Shown piece after piece: positions 58,312 through 64,000 of a stretch of 64,000 nucleotides of DNA. The DNA is from Histomonas meleagridis 2922-C6/04-290x (taxonomy: Eukaryota; Protista; Parabasalia): NCBI GenBank assembly GCA_020184695.1, contig JAANOX010000014.1:248001-312000 (forward strand), in the 5' to 3' direction. Every line of letters begins with the position of its first letter. Positions within the stretch are counted from its first letter, which is position 1. The notes under the pieces are model-generated. The model was not told the origin of the DNA, ran no database searches, and was given only the letters and a program-made list of their open reading frames with translations. The position numbers and the translations under genes are program-made.

Positions 58312-59877
58312 TTAAAACATAATTTCGTTTCTAAAAGAATTCAGCCTGTAATTTCCATCGTATACAAGGAGTGTATTCCAAAGTATCACCGACGCTACAA
58401 TCAAAATGAATGTTGGCACGATGATGGCCACTGCTGAAACATTTTTGAAGAGTTTCTTTGACCTTTCTCGTTCACTGCAATATTCGCCATTGTATTCACT
58501 TTCGCAAATACATTTGTTATTGTACCACGTGCCATGAACGCACATCTTTTTGTTGTTCTGTGCTTGGATCCATTTCACAGCATGCGAAATTAATTTTTCT
58601 CTTGCATCAGTAATTTGTGCTGTTTCGTTGAACTTTTTATCCATCAAGTCTTGGTTAATGAGGCTGTAGTTCATTTGCTCTATATATAATTCGTTGTATG
58701 AGTCACTTTTCACATTGGCCATTAGAGAATTATATGCTCCATATGGATCAACAGTGAAAATGGCATTGGATATCTGTGGCGAGTTACCATTGTATTCAAT
58801 GTTATATAGAGAAAAGTCACCAATTTTGGATTTGCCAAAGAGATTTTGACATATGTTTTCATAAAACTTAGAATCCACTAGAGGGGATCTGAAAAATATC
58901 GAGTGGGCTGTACCTTGAGGTGGTGGAACATGGAATCTTCCCAAATCAAAGCATCGAAGATGCCATGTTGACTTAACGTTCTTTTGATTGTCGGTTAAAT
59001 CGGTTTCGTTCAGAAAAGTGGGATCGATTTCGGTTTGTGTTAATTTGAGGTATTCAAGTGTTGAGTTGAAGTAAGCCCCATACACGCGTGGAGTAAGTTG
59101 TAGTTCATCGCAAATTTTATCCATATAATGAGTGTCTTCGTTGATTTTGTCGAGCTCCCCGAAAAATTCGGAGATTAAATAAAATGCTGTGGAATCATTG
59201 ATGGTTGGAGGGAGGCCAAAATATGAGAGGGAGGCGCTCCTGGTTGAATAGTCTCCAAAAGAAATAGATTTATTGAGATCATAAATTAAATTTTGTATTT
59301 GCTCAAAACAGCTTTGATCCCTTTTGTAAAGTCTGTAGATAATGTTGTAGTCGTAGTCTGCAAATGTTGTCTGGAATAAGAGAGGAGATAACGAGGACCA
59401 AGAAGATGAAATATATTGTGGATATTTCGTTCGAAGAAATGAAGCAATGGCTCCTGCATCTCCACCACCAATGACAAAGTTATGAGATGAATTTGGAAAT
59501 AAGGAATTAACAATGGAAATGACATCAGCCATAATTTCATTAATTGATAAATAACTCATATTTTCGGGTGAGTATACATCAAATGGTCTAGAATTTCCAA
59601 AATATCTGTTTTCTATTGTTAATAAAGTTGAATTTGTTAACTCTGCAATTTTTGTTGTGGTTGAAAAAAACGGAGACTCTGTATTAAGCTTCCAAAGATC
59701 TGATATTTGGATGACAACTGTGCTATTTGGATCGCCATTCGAAAAACGATCATCAATAATATAAGTTTGATTAAATTTCCCATTAGCAGTGCTGCGGAAG
59801 TGGCTTATATCTTGCTGAAAAGTTTTCACTTCAAAAGAACTTGCATGCGTAAGAATAAGAAGAAGCAAGATATTCAT
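58312..59877 (-). CDS. Peptidase S28-like membrane protein with EGF-like domain and C-terminal TM; catalytic Ser absent
   Basis: Signal peptide, FNQTY, IENRYFGNSRPF, EIMADV, VIGGGDAGAIASFLRTKYP and SSWSSLSP. EGF CVHG...CICESEYNGEYC and a TM helix follow. Confidence 0.85.
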   Translation of the reverse strand: MNILLLLILTHASSFEVKTFQQDISHFRSTANGKFNQTYIIDDRFSNGDPNSTVVIQISDLWKLNTESPFFSTTTKIAELTNSTLLTIENRYFGNSRPFDVYSPENMSYLSINEIMADVISIVNSLFPNSSHNFVIGGGDAGAIASFLRTKYPQYISSSWSSLSPLLFQTTFADYDYNIIYRLYKRDQSCFEQIQNLIYDLNKSISFGDYSTRSASLSYFGLPPTINDSTAFYLISEFFGELDKINEDTHYMDKICDELQLTPRVYGAYFNSTLEYLKLTQTEIDPTFLNETDLTDNQKNVKSTWHLRCFDLGRFHVPPPQGTAHSIFFRSPLVDSKFYENICQNLFGKSKIGDFSLYNIEYNGNSPQISNAIFTVDPYGAYNSLMANVKSDSYNELYIEQMNYSLINQDLMDKKFNETAQITDAREKLISHAVKWIQAQNNKKMCVHGTWYNNKCICESEYNGEYCSERERSKKLFKNVSAVAIIVPTFILIVASVILWNTLLVYDGNYRLNSFRNEIMF

Positions 59878-60084
59878 TTTGCAGTTATCGTTTCAAAGAA
59901 GATGGCGGTTATACGATGGAACAAAAAATCGATAAATATTAAAAAAGTCATTATAGTACAACAAAGCTAAAAATATCAAAAAGCTATTAAAACGCTTGAA
60001 GAATGCAAAGGCCATAAAAATGTGTACATAAATTTTCATGATGCTTAATCGAATTTATATGTAAATAATCATGAATATGATAAC

Positions 60085-60330
60085 AATAATATATGGTTTA
60101 ATTATCTTATATAGTTTCTCAATTTCTATATAACCATTTAGATGCATACTTAAGTACTGTTCTAAATAGTTTTAATAATTTTCAATATGAAATATCGAAT
60201 TGTCAGGGCAGATGAGATGGGTTGAGATATCTCAAGCATTACATCACTTTTATCTTGTTCAAGAGTGATTTTTCTTTTTTAGATGTAATTATAAGTGCTG
60301 TTCTAAATAATTTAAATAATTTCCAAATAT
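60085..60330 (-). pseudogene. Orphan ankyrin/spacer fragments just 3' of Mot1
   Basis: Minus strand shows ATTTGGAAATTATTTAAATTATTT-AGA-ACA-GCA-CTT (spacer 3' half + RTAL), and a second decayed copy AAATTATTAAAACTATTT-AGA-ACA-GTA-CTT. Confidence 0.75.
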
Positions 60331-60371
60331 CGATTTGCCACAACAATTTCCTTTATCTATATCTTTATTTA

Positions 60372-63300
60372 TTAATATCTCTTCCACATTTCGTCTTGTT
60401 GTCTGTAATCCTCTTTATATTGATTCGGGTCCTCATCTTGCTGTTGCATGTTTGCGATTTGTGCCATTGTTAATCTTTTTTCGTTTGCCGGCTTTTTAAT
60501 TTCTATTTCGTCATCTTTAAATATTTCTCCAGCGTTACCTTGCACGTCTTCATTTTCGTCGTTGATGATTGCTTGCGCGACTTTTCGTTTTTGTTTTTGT
60601 GTTTCCAAAATTCTGCTTTCGATTGTTTCATCTGTAATTAAGTTGAACACTGTGACTTGTTTCGTTTGACCCATTCGATGAGCTCTCGCAATCGCTTGGT
60701 CATCGTCAGTGAAGTTCCAACTGTTTTCCATAAATATTACGATGTTAGCGACTTGTAAATTTAATCCTAATCCACCGACAGATGTGGTCAACAATAATAT
60801 GTCGGGGCCATCTTCTTTGTTAAAGTTATCGATGATTTTATGTCGATCTCGTTCAGCTACATTACCATCCAATATTGTATAAGTTAAGCCTTCGATTTTC
60901 GATAATAAAATTTCCACTGTAATTTCAATTGTTTGAGTTGACTGTGTAAATATTAAGACACGATTACGCATTGACGTTTTACCACCACCAAAACCTAATC
61001 GTGATAATAATAATGATTTCAATTCTTTAAGTTTCGCCGAATATTCTAATAAATGTGGTATCGACGGATCGACTAAACATGGATGAATACATAACTTTCG
61101 TTCTTTCTTCATCTTGACAAATGTATGTTCATTAATTTCGTCATCTGAATTGATCGCATGTTTAGAACGAATACTTTGTAATACTTCTCGTTGCTTATCA
61201 GTCATCTTAAAAACTTCATCATAGATAACCTTGGGAGGTAACTCTGACATGACATTGATTTTTAAACGTCTCATTATAAACGGTAGCACTTGATTGTGTA
61301 AACTTGTCAATATCTGTTGGCCCAATTCAGTCTCGAGTTCAGTCGCTTCTGGCTTAAACATCTTCTTGATTGGGCGTTGATATTTGGTTTGGAACTCTTC
61401 TTTAGTACCTAAGAAGCCAGGCATTAAGAAATCCATTAAAGTCCAAAGTTCAGTAACATTATTTTGGATGGGAGTTCCTGTTAATATTAAACGATGTTGT
61501 GCAATAATTTGTACTACAGCCTCGGAAACTTTTGTCGATTTGTTCTTAATAATATGACCTTCATCTAATACACAATATACAAATTTCCTTTGTCTTATTA
61601 TTGGTATTAAATTCCGAACGTTCTGATATGAAATAATTAACAAACCATTCATCATATGAAAGTTTTGTACGTTTAATTCCGTTTTCGAGTAAATTGGATT
61701 CACATTAATTTGTGGATAAAATTGTTGCGTTTCAGAAGCCCAATGATGTATAATTGAAGACGGACAAACAATGATACTAAATGCGGAGTTAGAATTCGTT
61801 TCAAAATTTTCTTTTGTATGTGCATTCGATATAACAGATAAACATTGAAATGTCTTACCTAAGCCCATATCATCAGCTAAGATACCATTTAAACCATATT
61901 GGTATAAGAACCATAACCAATTAATACCATTGACTTGATAATCTTTAATTTTCCCATTTGGTATTGATTCGAAGTTTGGTAATGGGTTTAATATACATTT
62001 TGGAGCTTGACTTATATCGAACAATGGCTTTAAATATTTCATTGATTTGATTTTAGCGTTATGTAAATTATCGGGGAATATACTTAAGTCGCCATCATCC
62101 AAAGGCAAAAGTTTAACAATTTGTGCTAATGAATGTGAAGCCATTCTTCGGATATAATCTTCTTGATTAGCGATATTATACATACAAGTTTCCACAAAGA
62201 ACGACGCCCATTTTAATAATTTATCTGATTTGACGTCGAAATTTGTTAATAATAAATCAATGAATTCGATACAACTTGCAGATAATTTATGTGTATTATC
62301 TTGGATAAATAAAACAAATAATGTTAAAAATTGGGAATAATTCTCCATTTGACAATAACGATTTGCAATGAATGCTGAAAATGAACCAAAATATCGTTCA
62401 GCATTTTGCATTGTATCGATTAACATATATAAATAATTATTTGGTATTTTCATTTTGGATTCGACACAATAATAAAATTGTAATAATGAATGAATTGATA
62501 ATAAGTTTTGTGGTGGTTTATATACTGCATTAATTGATATTAATTTCGATGTTATTATAATCGGATCACTTTTTATAGTTTTAATTAGTTCTGAATAATG
62601 ATCAGAATCTTTAAAATTATCATATATCGATTGTTCATTCATTACATTACGAAGTATTAATTGTGATATTTCAGAATCACTTTCAGATTCTTTAAGATAT
62701 CGTCCAACATATTTACAGACAAATAATCGAATCGATGAAAAAAGTTTCGACGTTGATATTAAAAATTTGTCTTCGATAATTTCCGATGTTTTTAATGTGA
62801 ATAAACTTAATAATAATCGTAATGGGTCTTTGCTAAAGATATTTGGCTTAATTCCATCGAAGATTGGAGTAGATGTATCATTATGTAAACATAAAATAAT
62901 GATAAAAGCAACACTCCAAATCGACTTACAATTCTTAAAGACTGGATGTTCATCATTAACTTCTAAATAATGTGCTAACTCAATTAATAATGGCATAATG
63001 TTTGGTAACTTTTGGATATCTTCGGCTAAATAATCACAAACTTTGACTGCAAATGTACTATCAAAATAAATACCGCGATATCGCATTAATTCTTGATATT
63101 TGTTAATGACATGGATTGATAATGAATATATTTCTTTGTCACGTTCATTTAATGAACAATTAAATAATTGTAAAGTATATTGATGAAAATCAAAATCTTC
63201 ATATACTTCATGATCCTTTAAAGAAAATAATGACTCTAACAATAAATAAGATGCTCTTCGTGTTGCAATTGATGGATATTGACAATGCGTGACGATAGAA

Positions 63301-64000
63301 AAAGTGTCTTCGTCAATAAATTCTGAAAATTGACACTTTTCAATGATGACTTTTAAGGCTTTAAGACATGGATAATTATATGGATCGATGTCTTCCGAAT
63401 TGATAAGAAGTTCCCAGATGCCAGAAGTGATTTGATCAATTTGTGAAAAATATGGTAAGATTTTCATTACAGCTTTAAGCGCTGCTGCAGTGACTTCATC
63501 TGCATCACCAGCTTCACTAAAGGCTTCAAAAAGACGTGGCTGAAGCCAATTTGGATCAATACAATTTTTATCAACTTTAAGCATATGATGAACAACAATC
63601 CAAAAAGATTGACGAAGTCCCCAATCATCCGTAGATTTACGAAGTCGAAATTGTTCTAAAATATCTAACCCAGATTGAACATTTTGCATTAAACATCGAG
63701 CTAATAAATGTGAAGCAGGTTCTACAACAGGAAATACAACCATGTCACCACTAAAGTCTTTAAACCGGTCAAGTGCTAAAAGAGTAAATACTCGAACTGA
63801 TAAATCTTCTAGATAATCTGAAGGAACATGTGATTGAATAGATCGAAGTAAACATTGTACCGCACCATGTCTGAATTCCCAACGTTGAGAAGTTAGTTTT
63901 GGAATCATATCTTCTGAAATTTGACACAATTCGGATAACCTTGATTCTTCATCAACATGAAAAGAGGGTATTGAGGTTGATGTACCACGTAATAGTGGTT
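60372..64000 (-). CDS. MOT1: Mot1/BTAF1 TBP-associated SNF2 ATPase (5' end lies outside the window)
   Basis: WEFRHGA N-terminal motif, GILADDMGLGKT, LDEGHIIKN (Mot1-type DEGH box), LTGTPIQNN, LTTSVGGLGLNL and QAIARAHRMGQ. Frame stays open to the window edge. Confidence 0.93.
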   Translation of the reverse strand, partial: PLLRGTSTSIPSFHVDEESRLSELCQISEDMIPKLTSQRWEFRHGAVQCLLRSIQSHVPSDYLEDLSVRVFTLLALDRFKDFSGDMVVFPVVEPASHLLARCLMQNVQSGLDILEQFRLRKSTDDWGLRQSFWIVVHHMLKVDKNCIDPNWLQPRLFEAFSEAGDADEVTAAALKAVMKILPYFSQIDQITSGIWELLINSEDIDPYNYPCLKALKVIIEKCQFSEFIDEDTFSIVTHCQYPSIATRRASYLLLESLFSLKDHEVYEDFDFHQYTLQLFNCSLNERDKEIYSLSIHVINKYQELMRYRGIYFDSTFAVKVCDYLAEDIQKLPNIMPLLIELAHYLEVNDEHPVFKNCKSIWSVAFIIILCLHNDTSTPIFDGIKPNIFSKDPLRLLLSLFTLKTSEIIEDKFLISTSKLFSSIRLFVCKYVGRYLKESESDSEISQLILRNVMNEQSIYDNFKDSDHYSELIKTIKSDPIIITSKLISINAVYKPPQNLLSIHSLLQFYYCVESKMKIPNNYLYMLIDTMQNAERYFGSFSAFIANRYCQMENYSQFLTLFVLFIQDNTHKLSASCIEFIDLLLTNFDVKSDKLLKWASFFVETCMYNIANQEDYIRRMASHSLAQIVKLLPLDDGDLSIFPDNLHNAKIKSMKYLKPLFDISQAPKCILNPLPNFESIPNGKIKDYQVNGINWLWFLYQYGLNGILADDMGLGKTFQCLSVISNAHTKENFETNSNSAFSIIVCPSSIIHHWASETQQFYPQINVNPIYSKTELNVQNFHMMNGLLIISYQNVRNLIPIIRQRKFVYCVLDEGHIIKNKSTKVSEAVVQIIAQHRLILTGTPIQNNVTELWTLMDFLMPGFLGTKEEFQTKYQRPIKKMFKPEATELETELGQQILTSLHNQVLPFIMRRLKINVMSELPPKVIYDEVFKMTDKQREVLQSIRSKHAINSDDEINEHTFVKMKKERKLCIHPCLVDPSIPHLLEYSAKLKELKSLLLSRLGFGGGKTSMRNRVLIFTQSTQTIEITVEILLSKIEGLTYTILDGNVAERDRHKIIDNFNKEDGPDILLLTTSVGGLGLNLQVANIVIFMENSWNFTDDDQAIARAHRMGQTKQVTVFNLITDETIESRILETQKQKRKVAQAIINDENEDVQGNAGEIFKDDEIEIKKPANEKRLTMAQIANMQQQDEDPNQYKEDYRQQDEMWKRY

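Noticed and set aside
2933-63302. Short antisense or alternative-frame ORFs overlapping long genes (e.g. 4655-5008, 20534-20833, 43076-43489, 52234-52662)
   Set aside because: Shadow ORFs expected from the codon bias of the real coding strand.

Overview
AT-rich eukaryotic genomic DNA, most consistent with a parabasalid (Tritrichomonas/Histomonas/Trichomonas-like). This is inferred from DUF3447-like ankyrin gene expansions, an R2R3 Myb, Inr and M3-type core promoter motifs, a BspA-type LRR fragment and a DD34D mariner. About 16 apparently intact single-exon genes (TTLL, BTB, MYCBP, VAP, OSBP, RBR E3, HEATR5-like, BLTP2-like, importin-alpha-like, UBX, S28-like, Mot1 and others) and one tRNA-Lys(CTT) are interleaved with seven DUF3447-like/ankyrin paralogues and several pseudogenes. 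The main anomaly is in the canonical C-terminal ankyrin repeats. Each is a 90-nt coding core followed, at the same point in the beta-hairpin loop, by a conserved AT-rich spacer. I counted 29 complete spacers, of which 16 are exactly 80 nt and 4 are 63 nt. The spacers have no GT-AG ends, break the frame or carry stops, and fold into a hairpin showing compensatory base changes. In the best locus (423-3099) the cores stay intact while 6 of 8 spacers carry stops in the downstream frame. This points to an undescribed non-canonical intron, excision or ribosome-bypass system. It is inference until tested with RNA or proteomic data. All homology calls come from motif recognition, not database searches. 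Some frameshifts at homopolymers may be assembly errors.
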